Assembly (NCBI GenBank): GCA_964592405.1
Contig: CAZQBY010000004.1
Location: 1 to 17,933, forward strand
Length of the DNA stretch: 17,933 nucleotides
Source: an uncultured archaeon
GTDB lineage: Archaea > Altiarchaeota > Altiarchaeia > JAFGQM01
Direction: 5' to 3'
In this document: positions 1-8,152 of the stretch, one piece after another
Position numbering within the stretch: the stretch's first letter is position 1
Layout of the letters: each line of letters opens with the position of its first letter
The notes under the pieces: model-generated
The model's input: the letters and a program-made list of their open reading frames with translations, nothing else
The model's database searches: none
Told to the model about the DNA's origin: nothing
Position numbers and translations under genes: made by a program

Positions 1-13
1 CTTCTAACTAATC

Positions 14-297
14 GGCAGCGGCCGGACGACTGTCGGGCAAAAGCCTGAGTGAAGTCGGTGCACAGGGAAACCGCAGGATGGTAACATCCGTGCAGAGATG
101 CACGCTCTGTCACAGAAACGCTACGGACTTCGGTTAACTGTGATGTTCTCTCTGAGGTTTCCGAAGAAGCCGATGAAACGGACTAATCTGCGGTGTGTAA
201 GGCCTTTGTGCCGCTGAGTTGAATGTCGTCATGCGGGTTTGATGAAGCGTTCAATTCGCTGAACCTGCCAACAGAACACCGGCTATGAGCCGCTGCC
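14..297 (+). ncRNA. rnpB: RNase P RNA (archaeal, reduced/atypical)
   Basis: P1 GGCAGCGGC (14-22) pairs with GCCGCTGCC (289-297). P2 GACGAC (25-30) pairs with GTCGTC (225-230). Short P3 hairpin at 33-48. CR-I-like GAGTGAAGTCGGTG (47-60) pairs with CR-V ACAGAACACCGGCTA (271-285). P8 (76-89) and P9 (90-103) carry GNRA loops. CR-II ACAGAAA at 112-118, CR-III GATGAAACGG at 172-181, P7 at 71-75/189-193, P19 at about 233-268. Confidence 0.93.
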
Positions 298-300
298 ACC

Positions 301-340
301 TCATTCCTTTACTCCTCACTCCAGCATCAGCCTTTCTTTT
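301..340 (+). terminator. Pyrimidine/oligo-T tracts after the RNase P RNA, probable archaeal terminator
   Basis: TCATTCCTTT and CTTTCTTTT directly follow the 3' strand of P1. Confidence 0.4.
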
Positions 341-393
341 CGCCGGCGTTTATGCATACCAAACCTTTTTTTGTTAGTTCTTTTAAATGTTAT

Positions 394-1281
394 ATGAACC
401 GCTCCGAGTTGCTGCAGAAGACTATTAGTGTGCTTCATAAAGCTGATTTTTGGGTCTATTTCAATGAAGGTTTGAGGCAGTACTTTGATCTCATAGGCAT
501 CAGGGATTTTAGGATATTTGTCAAGGTTCTTATGAATATAGACAATCTTGGAGCTGTGGAAGGGTCTGAGCTCAAAAAATTTGCCCAAGTCTTTTCGGCT
601 CAATCCTTTGTTGTTGGTGAGCGCGCAGGCATGGAGCCCCTGAGAGACGGTGTCTTTTACCATAGATTTGACAATCCCTGTGTCAATCTGTCTACTTTCA
701 CTAGTATCCTTAGGGGAGAATCCATCTCACGGTTTACCAAACGAGGCCACTTCTTGGTAAGCATAGATGGAGACGCACTGAAGGAGCTGAGAGAACAGAG
801 GGGACTGAGCCAGGATGACCTTGCTCGCATTCTGGGGTGCACCGGTCGGACTATCTGCCGTATCGAGAAGCACAACCGGATAGGTGAGGATCTGCTGGAG
901 AAACTGGTCGAATACTTTGGCCGGGATATGGAAATAGGACCAGTGGAACTCCGGCAGCCGGCTGGCAAGATAGAGGTTCCGATCTCCGACCCCCTCAAGA
1001 AAGAGATAATTCGAGAATATTTCCGCCTCAAATTAGACAATGTCCCATTCCAGATGCAGATAGACTTCGCTTTGGAGGAAAAGCCTGTGTTAACGCCTGT
1101 CAGCCGGACGGAGGGAGAGCTTCGCCACAAACACAGGATTGCGAAGAATCTCTCTGAACTCTTGGAATGTGGAGTGGTCCATATAACAAAAGAGCAGCGC
1201 AAGCGCAGGATATCTGCTATTTCCTTCAACGAACTCCACACAATTTCATCCAAGAGAGAGATACTTGATAGGTTGGATTAA
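394..1281 (+). CDS. Archaeal HTH-type (Cro/C1, XRE) transcriptional regulator, COG1395/MJ1164-like
   Basis: N-terminal FDLIGIR..IFVKVLMNIDNL, then LRDGVFYHRF, and a central HTH LKELREQRGLSQDDLARILGCTGRTICRIEK. Start placed at ATG 394 (MNRSELL) rather than 352, because the 14-codon extension looks like T-rich non-coding DNA. Confidence 0.82.
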   Translation: MNRSELLQKTISVLHKADFWVYFNEGLRQYFDLIGIRDFRIFVKVLMNIDNLGAVEGSELKKFAQVFSAQSFVVGERAGMEPLRDGVFYHRFDNPCVNLSTFTSILRGESISRFTKRGHFLVSIDGDALKELREQRGLSQDDLARILGCTGRTICRIEKHNRIGEDLLEKLVEYFGRDMEIGPVELRQPAGKIEVPISDPLKKEIIREYFRLKLDNVPFQMQIDFALEEKPVLTPVSRTEGELRHKHRIAKNLSELLECGVVHITKEQRKRRISAISFNELHTISSKREILDRLD

Positions 1282-1298
1282 CTTGACATCAGATTAAA

Positions 1299-1790
1299 AT
1301 GAAAACATCAAACAGTTTGCCTTCGGGTCAGTTTGCAGAATGCGTCGCACTGATAACAGCCAAGCTTGGTAAAAAGGAGAATGCCATGCCAGCTACTTGG
1401 GCAATACCTGTTTCATTCTCTCCAAAACTTGTAGCAGTCAACATAGCTCCGGAAAGATACACCCATGATATGATCAAAGAGTCGGGGATGTTCGGCGTCT
1501 GCCTGCTGGCCGGGGACCAGGTCGAACTTTCGCGCTATGCGGGCTCCTGCTCGGGCAGAGACGCCCAGAAGTTTGAGAGGATACCCCACTTCAGGGGTGA
1601 TGCAGGCCTGCCCCTGGTGGAGGGCGCTGTCGCTTGTATGGAGTGCAGAGTCGTGGATTCGGTTACTGAGGGAGATCACACGGTTTTCACGGGCGAGGTG
1701 ATTAACCTCTATGCGGATAATACAAAGAAGCCCCTGTTACTGTTCAGGGGGGAGTACTACAAATTAGGCAAATCGCTCGGAACCTACTAG
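1299..1790 (+). CDS. Flavin reductase-like FMN-binding protein (DIM6/NTAB family)
   Basis: Motifs NAMPATW, PVSFSPKLVAVNI, RYTHDMIKESGMF, SGRD..KF, ECRV..GDHTVFTGEV. Confidence 0.88.
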   Translation: MKTSNSLPSGQFAECVALITAKLGKKENAMPATWAIPVSFSPKLVAVNIAPERYTHDMIKESGMFGVCLLAGDQVELSRYAGSCSGRDAQKFERIPHFRGDAGLPLVEGAVACMECRVVDSVTEGDHTVFTGEVINLYADNTKKPLLLFRGEYYKLGKSLGTY

Positions 1791-1870
1791 ATACTCCCGG
1801 ACTAACTTCCGGGCTAACTACTACCGGAAAACAACTGAAGCATCAAAAACAAATACTGTTTGAGCCAAAA

Positions 1871-1886
1871 CAAAAACTTTTTATAG
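1871..1886 (+). promoter_or_regulatory. BRE/TATA promoter of the thermosome gene
   Basis: CAAAAACTTTTTATAG: purine-rich BRE followed by TTTTATA, about 120 bp upstream of ATG 2006. Confidence 0.6.
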
Positions 1887-2005
1887 ACAAACTAACTAAT
1901 ATTCTACCGCAAATTATTATTTTCTATTGGGAACAAGGTATCTCACCCGCTTGATATTTTGGCGGGATTTTTAACTTCATTCAAAAATCAAAAATTCGAT
2001 AAAAA

Positions 2006-3649
2006 ATGGCACAGACGGTACCAGTGGTGTTGCTCCCTGAGGGCTACACAAGAACCCAGGGGCGCGACGCCCAGAGGATGAATATAATGGCTGCCAAGAT
2101 GGTGGCCGAAGCGGTCCGAACAACCCTCGGACCGAAGGGAATGGATAAGATGCTCGTGGACGATCTTGGCGACATCGTCATAACCAACGATGGAGCCACA
2201 ATAGTTGATGAGATGAAAATCGAGCATCCAGCAGCGAAGATGATAGTCGAGGTTGCCAAGACCCAGGATGAGGAGGTGGGTGACGGCACCACGACAGCAG
2301 TCATCATAGCAGGCGAGCTCCTAAAGAATGCAGAGAAGCTCCTAGATCAGGGTATCCACCCATCAGTGATTGTGAGGGGGTATAGGATATCAGCAGAGAA
2401 GGCGATAGACGTGCTAAACAAGATAGCCCACACAGTAAGCATAAAAGATAAGGAACTCCTCCAGAAGATAGCCGAGACGGCAATGACCGGCAAGGGTGCA
2501 GAGATGCACAAGGAATACTTGGCTGAATTGGCAGTCAGGGCAGTATCGCAGGTGGCAGAGGAGAGAGGAGACAAGATTGAGATAGATACCGACAATATCA
2601 AGCTTGAGAAGAAACAGGGCGCCAGCATCAGAGACACAGAACTGGTGCAGGGTATCATAATCGACAAAGAGGTAGTCCATGACGGAATGCCAAAGAGAAT
2701 TGAAAATGCGAAGATTGCCTTAATAGATTCTGCTCTTGAGGTCAAGGAGACTGAAACAGATGCCGAGATAAGGATAACCTCACCAGAACAGCTACAGGCC
2801 TTCCTTGATCAGGAGGAGAAGATGCTGAAGGAGATGGTTGAGAAGATTGTGGACAGTGGTGCCAATGTGCTTTTCTGTCAGAAGGGCATTGATGATATGG
2901 CCCAGCACTACCTGGCAAAGAAGGGTGTTCTTGCCGCGCGGCGCTGCAAGAAATCTGACATGGAGGCACTTGCAAAAGCAACTGGTGCACGGGTGGTCAC
3001 CAGCATTGATGATCTCTCCGAGAAGGACCTTGGTTCTGCTGGTCTGGTTGAGGAGAAAAAGATATCTGGTGACAAGATGATATTTGTCCAGAAGTGCAAA
3101 GATCCAAAGGCAGTCAGCGTCTTGATAAGGGGCGGTACAGAGCATGTTGTTGATGAAGCTGAGAGGGCTTTCACCGATGCCATTGGTGGGGTCGCTTCAG
3201 CAATCGAAGTAGGTAAAATAGTTACAGGCGGCGGAGCTGCAGAAATTGAGATCGCCAAGAGCCTGCGCGAGTATGCAGAGTCTGTTGGTGGCCGGGAGCA
3301 GCTGGCAATAAACGCCTTTGCTGACTCTGTTGAGATAGTGCCAAGAACACTGGCCGAGAGCGCAGGTATGGATGCCATCGATGTCTTGGTAGAACTGCGC
3401 GCAAAGCATGATGATACAGATGGAGCGCAGATAGGTTTCAATGTCCTCGATGGCAAAACAGAGAATCTCTGGAAGAAGGGCGTCGTCGAGCCGCAGAAGA
3501 TAAAGACCCAGGCAATAAAATCAGCGGCCGAAGCGGTTGAGCTTATTCTGCGCATCGACGATGTGATAGCAGCTTCCAGCAAGAGCGACTCCGGCAGTTC
3601 GCCAAAGATGCCAGGCGGACCGGGGGGCATGGGTGACATGGAGATGTAG
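2006..3649 (+). CDS. ths: Thermosome subunit (group II chaperonin)
   Basis: [22 protein letters not shown] and GDGTTTAV motifs, with a C-terminal [11 protein letters not shown] tail; 547 aa. Confidence 0.99.
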   Translation: MAQTVPVVLLPEGYTRTQGRDAQRMNIMAAKMVAEAVRTTLGPKGMDKMLVDDLGDIVITNDGATIVDEMKIEHPAAKMIVEVAKTQDEEVGDGTTTAVIIAGELLKNAEKLLDQGIHPSVIVRGYRISAEKAIDVLNKIAHTVSIKDKELLQKIAETAMTGKGAEMHKEYLAELAVRAVSQVAEERGDKIEIDTDNIKLEKKQGASIRDTELVQGIIIDKEVVHDGMPKRIENAKIALIDSALEVKETETDAEIRITSPEQLQAFLDQEEKMLKEMVEKIVDSGANVLFCQKGIDDMAQHYLAKKGVLAARRCKKSDMEALAKATGARVVTSIDDLSEKDLGSAGLVEEKKISGDKMIFVQKCKDPKAVSVLIRGGTEHVVDEAERAFTDAIGGVASAIEVGKIVTGGGAAEIEIAKSLREYAESVGGREQLAINAFADSVEIVPRTLAESAGMDAIDVLVELRAKHDDTDGAQIGFNVLDGKTENLWKKGVVEPQKIKTQAIKSAAEAVELILRIDDVIAASSKSDSGSSPKMPGGPGGMGDMEM

Positions 3650-3677
3650 GGGATAACCCTACACTCCCCCAATTCCA

Positions 3678-3748
3678 TTAATTTTTATTTTACAATTCTA
3701 TTTTAACATTATTTCACATTATTCTGTTTTTTACATTATTCTATTTCA
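3678..3748. repeat. AT-rich degenerate repeat and T-rich terminator zone after the thermosome gene
   Basis: ACATTATT at 3706, 3716 and 3733; TTTTACA(TT)ATTCTATTT at 3688 and 3729; several T runs on the + strand. Confidence 0.55.
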
Positions 3749-3795
3749 GTTTGGGAACCAACCCAATACAGAAGGAGACTGGGCAGGGCCCTACC

Positions 3796-3954
3796 CTAAA
3801 GGAGCTTCAGAACCAATTCAAACACTATGAAAGCTACTACCATGCCTATAAATAACATTGGCTCTACTTCTATACCCCTCTCTTCATTGAAGTATCTTAT
3901 GATACCCGCTCCCGTGAGCGGATTCTCTGCCTGGGACCTTTTTAATGCAGGCAT
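3796..3954 (-). CDS. secG: Preprotein translocase subunit Sec61beta (archaeal SecG), 52 aa, absent from the ORF track
   Basis: Hand translation: MPALKRSQAENPLTGAGIIRYFNEERGIEVEPMLFIGMVVAFIVFELVLKLL*. It has the AG(L/I)(I/V)RYF(D/N)EE signature, a conserved Pro and one C-terminal TM helix. A GGTG SD-like motif lies upstream. Confidence 0.93.
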   Translation of the reverse strand: MPALKRSQAENPLTGAGIIRYFNEERGIEVEPMLFIGMVVAFIVFELVLKLL

Positions 3955-3991
3955 TTTAGGATAAGCACCATTCGCTTATTTAGAAATATTA

Positions 3992-4002
3992 GTTTAAAAA
4001 GC
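3992..4002 (-). promoter_or_regulatory. TATA box for Sec61beta
   Basis: Minus strand GCTTTTTAAAC about 40 bp upstream of the ATG at 3954. Confidence 0.55.
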
Positions 4003-4010
4003 TATAATTG

Positions 4011-4589
4011 CTACAATTCTAGAAAGTTTCTTATAATCTTCCGCCCATCCTTGGTCAGCACACTCTCCGGGTGGAACTGGATACCATAGACTGGATACTC
4101 CCTGTGCTCCACAGCCATGATCTCTTTGTCATCATTGCTTATGGCACAGACCCTGAGGCAGTCCGGCATGGTTTTGTCATCTATTACCAGCGAATGATAT
4201 CTGACAGCCTTAAAGGGATTTGGAATTCCCTTGAACAGTTTCTTGCAATAGTGGCTGATCATCGATGTTTTTCCATGCTTGAGGCTCTTGGCATGCCGTA
4301 TGGTTGCTCCATAAACATAACCTATGCACTGGTGGCCAAGGCAGACGCCAAGTACCGGCATCTCTGATCCGTACCTCATTATAACTTTGTTTGAAACGCC
4401 AGCATCTTCCGGGCGCTTTGGACCGGGAGATATAAGTATCCTGTCGATTTCCTCCCTCTTTATGATCCTGCTGATTTCATCTAGGCTGGTGCGGTTGTCA
4501 ACAACTGTGGGCTTTGCCCCCTCCTCACCGATGTATTGCACCAGATTATAAACAAACGAATCTATATTGTCTATTACCAGAACCTTCAT
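4011..4589 (-). CDS. trpG: Anthranilate synthase component II (class I glutamine amidotransferase, TrpG/PabA)
   Basis: MKVLVIDNIDSFVYNL, ISPGP, GVCLGHQ, RYHSL and QFHPES catalytic motifs. True start is ATG 4589, just after the trpE stop. Confidence 0.93.
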   Translation of the reverse strand: MKVLVIDNIDSFVYNLVQYIGEEGAKPTVVDNRTSLDEISRIIKREEIDRILISPGPKRPEDAGVSNKVIMRYGSEMPVLGVCLGHQCIGYVYGATIRHAKSLKHGKTSMISHYCKKLFKGIPNPFKAVRYHSLVIDDKTMPDCLRVCAISNDDKEIMAVEHREYPVYGIQFHPESVLTKDGRKIIRNFLEL

Positions 4590-4596
4590 CTTGTCG

Positions 4597-5991
4597 TCAA
4601 TCCAGTTTTTGCATACCTCCCAGTGCCTTAAGCATGCCTTCTGCCTTGTTAACAGTTTCTCGATATTCCAACTCAGGTCTGGAGTCAGCAACTATTCCTG
4701 CACCGGCCTGCATGTAGGCAGTCTCACCTTCAAACACCAGAGTCCTTATTGTTATGGCAGTGTCCATGTTGCCGTTAAAAGAGAAGTATCCGACTGAACC
4801 AGCGTAGATGCCCCTCCTAGAGGGCTCGAGCTCGTTGATTATTTCCATGGCCCGTACCTTGGGAGCGCCGCTGACGGTGCCGGCAGGGAAGATGCTCTTC
4901 AGGGCATCAAACGGGTTCTTGTCATTCCTCAGCTCACCCTCGACCTCTGATACCAGGTGTTGTACATGGCTGTATTTCTCCACAGACATGAACTTATTAA
5001 CCCTGACACTGCCGAACTTTGCCACCCTCCCTATGTCATTTCTGCCCAAATCCACCAGCATCAGGTGTTCAGCACGCTCCTTCTCGTTCGCAAGCAGCTC
5101 TTTCTCCAGCTTTTTGTCCTCTTCTTCTGTTGTTCCACGTTTTCGCGTCCCGGCTATTGGATATGTAAACATTTTTCTACCTTCCACTCTTATCAGCATT
5201 TCAGGACTGGATCCCACTATCTTGCGGTCTCCGAAGTCAAGGTAGTACATATATGGGGACGGGTTTATCCTCTTCAGGTTTCTAAAAACACCAAACGCAT
5301 CGCCGCCGAACTCAGTCTCAAAGCGTTGTGACAACACGGCCTGTATTATATCCCCCTCTCTTATGTAACGAAGCGTTGTCCGCACCATCTTCCTGAACTG
5401 ACGTTCACTCATATTGCAAGAAATATGTATGTCATTCTTCTCACTGCTGTCAAACTTGGGGAATTCAAAGGAAGAGGCAAGTTCATTTAATTCTCTTATA
5501 GTGGCTGCCTCGTCGCATTCACCAAATTCGTTCTGCGTGAGCAGGGTCTTTCCTGCCTTGTGGTCAAAGATGATGTTGTTCTTTGTCAGGACAAACTCGC
5601 AATCCGGTTCTCGTAGGTCATCCCTGTTCTCATCTAGGTCTATATAATACCTAACCAGGTCATAGGCCAGATAGCCAACCAGCCCACCAAAGAATCTGAT
5701 GTTGTTTCCGCCGACCAGTCTGAACTGACACATCAGATTTTGCAGAACTTCCAGAGGATCGCGTCCTTCAACTTCCAGTCCATCCAGTGCCGGATCATCT
5801 GTTGTAAGGTTTATTTGCCCATTCTTTATAACCAGCTTGGCCACAGGATTGAAGCCTATGAACGAATAGCGTGCAACCTTCTCCCCACCCTCAGCCGATT
5901 CCAGCAGATAGGTGTCTTTTCCACGGACTGCCGCATAAGCACTATCCGGGTCTCTCAAATCCAGTCCTACAGACACGGCCTTTACATTCAT
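4597..5991 (-). CDS. trpE: Anthranilate synthase component I
   Basis: LLES-x10-S and NPSPYM Trp-feedback motifs; PIAGT (TrpE-type, not PabB PIKGT); KERAEHLMLVDLGRND; FPAGTVSGAPKVRAMEII; QAGAGIVADS. Confidence 0.92.
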   Translation of the reverse strand: MNVKAVSVGLDLRDPDSAYAAVRGKDTYLLESAEGGEKVARYSFIGFNPVAKLVIKNGQINLTTDDPALDGLEVEGRDPLEVLQNLMCQFRLVGGNNIRFFGGLVGYLAYDLVRYYIDLDENRDDLREPDCEFVLTKNNIIFDHKAGKTLLTQNEFGECDEAATIRELNELASSFEFPKFDSSEKNDIHISCNMSERQFRKMVRTTLRYIREGDIIQAVLSQRFETEFGGDAFGVFRNLKRINPSPYMYYLDFGDRKIVGSSPEMLIRVEGRKMFTYPIAGTRKRGTTEEEDKKLEKELLANEKERAEHLMLVDLGRNDIGRVAKFGSVRVNKFMSVEKYSHVQHLVSEVEGELRNDKNPFDALKSIFPAGTVSGAPKVRAMEIINELEPSRRGIYAGSVGYFSFNGNMDTAITIRTLVFEGETAYMQAGAGIVADSRPELEYRETVNKAEGMLKALGGMQKLD

Positions 5992-6097
5992 TCTTTTGAA
6001 TTTTGCTTGAAATTCTTTAAAAGTGATTAATTTATTTCAATTTTCTCTACAATATGATAGCTTTTTATATCTTTAATCATTAAATTATCAAAAAATC
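5992..6097. promoter_or_regulatory. Divergent promoter region between trpE and the Lrp gene
   Basis: Minus-strand CTTTTAAAG (6015-6023) about 25 bp before the trpE ATG. Plus-strand CTTTTTATAT (6061-6070) about 28 bp before the Lrp ATG. Confidence 0.65.
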
Positions 6098-6574
6098 ATG
6101 GAAAAACAGGAAAAAAAACTACGGATTGATGACATAAACCTGGGGATACTCCGTATTCTACAGCGTAATGCACGCACACCTTTCCTTGAGATTGCGCGTG
6201 CTGTAGGGGTTTCTGGAGCAACAATTCATGATCGCGTCCGCAATATGAGAAAGGCGGGAATTATAGAGGGATTTACTACCAACATCAATTTCAAGAAACT
6301 TGGTTATGAAGTGACTGCAATTGTCAGCATAATCCTAGACCACCCAAGCCTTGACCTGAAGAAACTGAAGGAGGACCTGCTGTCCATACCTGAAGTAACA
6401 GAGGCTCACAATCTGACAGGTGACACGGACCTCCTTCTCAAGATCCGGACCAAGAGCATAGATGACCTCCGCGACCTCCTCACCAAGAGGATACAGTATT
6501 TGCAGGGTGTAAAGCGTATTAGCACCAGTATAATTCTCGACTCCCCGGTGGACAGAAATGCCGTGCTACTTTGA
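6098..6574 (+). CDS. Lrp/AsnC family transcriptional regulator
   Basis: IDDINLGILRILQRNARTPFLEIARAVGVSGATIHDRVRNMRKAGIIEGF HTH, plus a RAM domain (PEVTEAHNLTGDTDLLLKI). Confidence 0.96.
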   Translation: MEKQEKKLRIDDINLGILRILQRNARTPFLEIARAVGVSGATIHDRVRNMRKAGIIEGFTTNINFKKLGYEVTAIVSIILDHPSLDLKKLKEDLLSIPEVTEAHNLTGDTDLLLKIRTKSIDDLRDLLTKRIQYLQGVKRISTSIILDSPVDRNAVLL

Positions 6575-6664
6575 TTAGCCCCAGGCATTTTTATTTGGGG
6601 CTCTATTATCCTATAAAGGTACTAGTGCTAGATATTGCGGAAGGGTTAAGTATCACAGAAATGC

Positions 6665-7471
6665 TTAATCAGTCATAAGCTTTATGAACAGCCCGGTTGC
6701 AACCAAATCAGCTGTGGCCCCTGGATTTAGGGCATTACCATCCGAACGCAGATAAGCATCCAGCTCATCAATACTCATGATGCCTTCCAGTACCTGTCCT
6801 GCCATCTCTGAGACCTTCTTCGCCATTTCCAATCCCCTCTTGCGTGCAATAAGGGTGTCCGGATATTTTGACAACACACGCAGATATTCAGTGATTATGG
6901 ATTCTTTATTGGTCTTTATCATCCTTCCTATTGCGCGCGCAATAGGATAATCCATAATCCACTCACGTGCAAGCCTGTCATAAGACTTGGCCATTTTCAT
7001 GAGTCCCAGTGGCGTTATACCCTCCATATCAATAACATCAAAAATCTCCTTAGAATAGATATCATATCTCGCCAGATTCAAATCTCTCAGTTTCATGCCG
7101 CCTAGCTTTCCCTTCTGCATAGCCTTAACAATCCATTTTGTATCCTCGGTTGTTAATGAGGATAATAGCCTTCTTGTACTTCCGCCTCCAACTGCCGCCA
7201 GTGGCATAAACATAATCACTATGCCAAAGTTTATATTTTTCTCCCCAGATGTGGCATCATAGATAAGTCTGCCTATCCTCGCTGTCTCTCCTGCACGCGC
7301 AGCCTCCTCTACAAACGGCTTCAGACTGTCTGCAGCCCTTATAAAGTCCTGATAGGACATGTTACTGAATCCCCTAGTAGGTGTAACATTTCCCGGCTTC
7401 TCTGCTGACACCTCCAATACCGCTGCCCTGCGGGCACATTCGGCTATAAACTCGGGACTCTTATTTCTCAT
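6665..7471 (-). CDS. CitG-like triphosphoribosyl-dephospho-CoA synthase family protein (archaeal type)
   Basis: LEVSAEKPGNV, NINFGIV..PL, PDTLIARKRG and NPGATADL motifs. Confidence 0.87.
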   Translation of the reverse strand: MRNKSPEFIAECARRAAVLEVSAEKPGNVTPTRGFSNMSYQDFIRAADSLKPFVEEAARAGETARIGRLIYDATSGEKNINFGIVIMFMPLAAVGGGSTRRLLSSLTTEDTKWIVKAMQKGKLGGMKLRDLNLARYDIYSKEIFDVIDMEGITPLGLMKMAKSYDRLAREWIMDYPIARAIGRMIKTNKESIITEYLRVLSKYPDTLIARKRGLEMAKKVSEMAGQVLEGIMSIDELDAYLRSDGNALNPGATADLVATGLFIKLMTD

Positions 7472-7489
7472 ACGGCTAATAATATTATC

Positions 7490-8152
7490 ATGCGGAACAG
7501 AAAACTTTTAACAATATACCAGAGGCTTCTAGATGCCTACGGTGCTCAGGGATGGTGGCCTGCCAAGACGCGCTTTGAGGTCATAGTAGGAGCCATATTA
7601 ACGCAGAACACAAACTGGAAGAACGTGGAAGCAGTAATGGCAGAATTGGAGAGAAGACATCTTCTGAGTCCAAGGGCACTGGCGGGGATTAAGACCAGTG
7701 AGCTTGCACAGCTAATAAGGAAAACCGGCTACTTCCGCCAGAAGGCCAAGAAGATAAAGGCTTTTCTCGATTATTTTAGGACTTATAATTTTGATTTGGA
7801 TTCCATGATGTGTTTGGATAAGGATGTCCTGCGCACACAGTTGTTGCAGATTTGGGGCATAGGCCCCGAGACGGCAGATGCCATTCTCCTCTATGCCCTT
7901 GATAAACCAGTGTTTGTGGTTGATGCATATACCCGACGCACATTCTCACGCATGGGTCTGGTTGATTATAGGATATCTTACGAAGATCTGCGGGCCTTCT
8001 TTGAGCAGCGCCTACCTTCTGACTTGGAGCTGTTCAAGGAGTTTCATGCCCTCATTGATGAACTGGCCAAGAGGAACTGCAGGCCAAAGCCCCAATGCCA
8101 GAACTGCCCTGTTGTAAGCCTATGTGCCTACAGATCCCAGACGTTCATCTAG
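7490..8152 (+). CDS. Endonuclease III-related HhH-GPD DNA glycosylase with C-terminal Fe-S motif (COG2231-like)
   Basis: QGWWP..FEVIVGAILTQNTNWKNV, HhH LLQIWGIGPETADAILLYA (Glu at the Nth lyase-Lys position), FVVDAYTRR, and CRPKPQCQNCPVVSLC. Confidence 0.92.
   Translation: MRNRKLLTIYQRLLDAYGAQGWWPAKTRFEVIVGAILTQNTNWKNVEAVMAELERRHLLSPRALAGIKTSELAQLIRKTGYFRQKAKKIKAFLDYFRTYNFDLDSMMCLDKDVLRTQLLQIWGIGPETADAILLYALDKPVFVVDAYTRRTFSRMGLVDYRISYEDLRAFFEQRLPSDLELFKEFHALIDELAKRNCRPKPQCQNCPVVSLCAYRSQTFI

Noticed and set aside
14-297. SRP RNA, tRNA or self-splicing intron as the identity of the structured RNA
   Set aside because: There is no SRP helix-8 motif or cloverleaf, and the RNase P conserved regions and helices appear in the correct order.
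316-3678. Long antisense ORFs (316-663, 657-1253, 2347-2745, 2908-3678) and similar shadows opposite trpE, pheT and the peptidase
   Set aside because: They mirror well-supported genes on the other strand and have no recognisable motifs.
3678-3748. CRISPR array or replication origin in the AT-rich repeat
   Set aside because: Repeats are 8-18 bp, irregular and without spacers; there are no ORB-like G-strings and no cas or cdc6 gene.
4590-4691. 34-aa N-terminal extension of TrpG in the ORF track
   Set aside because: It overlaps the trpE 3' end; the family N-terminus MKVLVIDN starts at 4589.
4597-5991. PabB or PhzE assignment
   Set aside because: It has PIAGT rather than PIKGT, intact Trp-feedback motifs and no fused amidotransferase, so TrpE is the better call.
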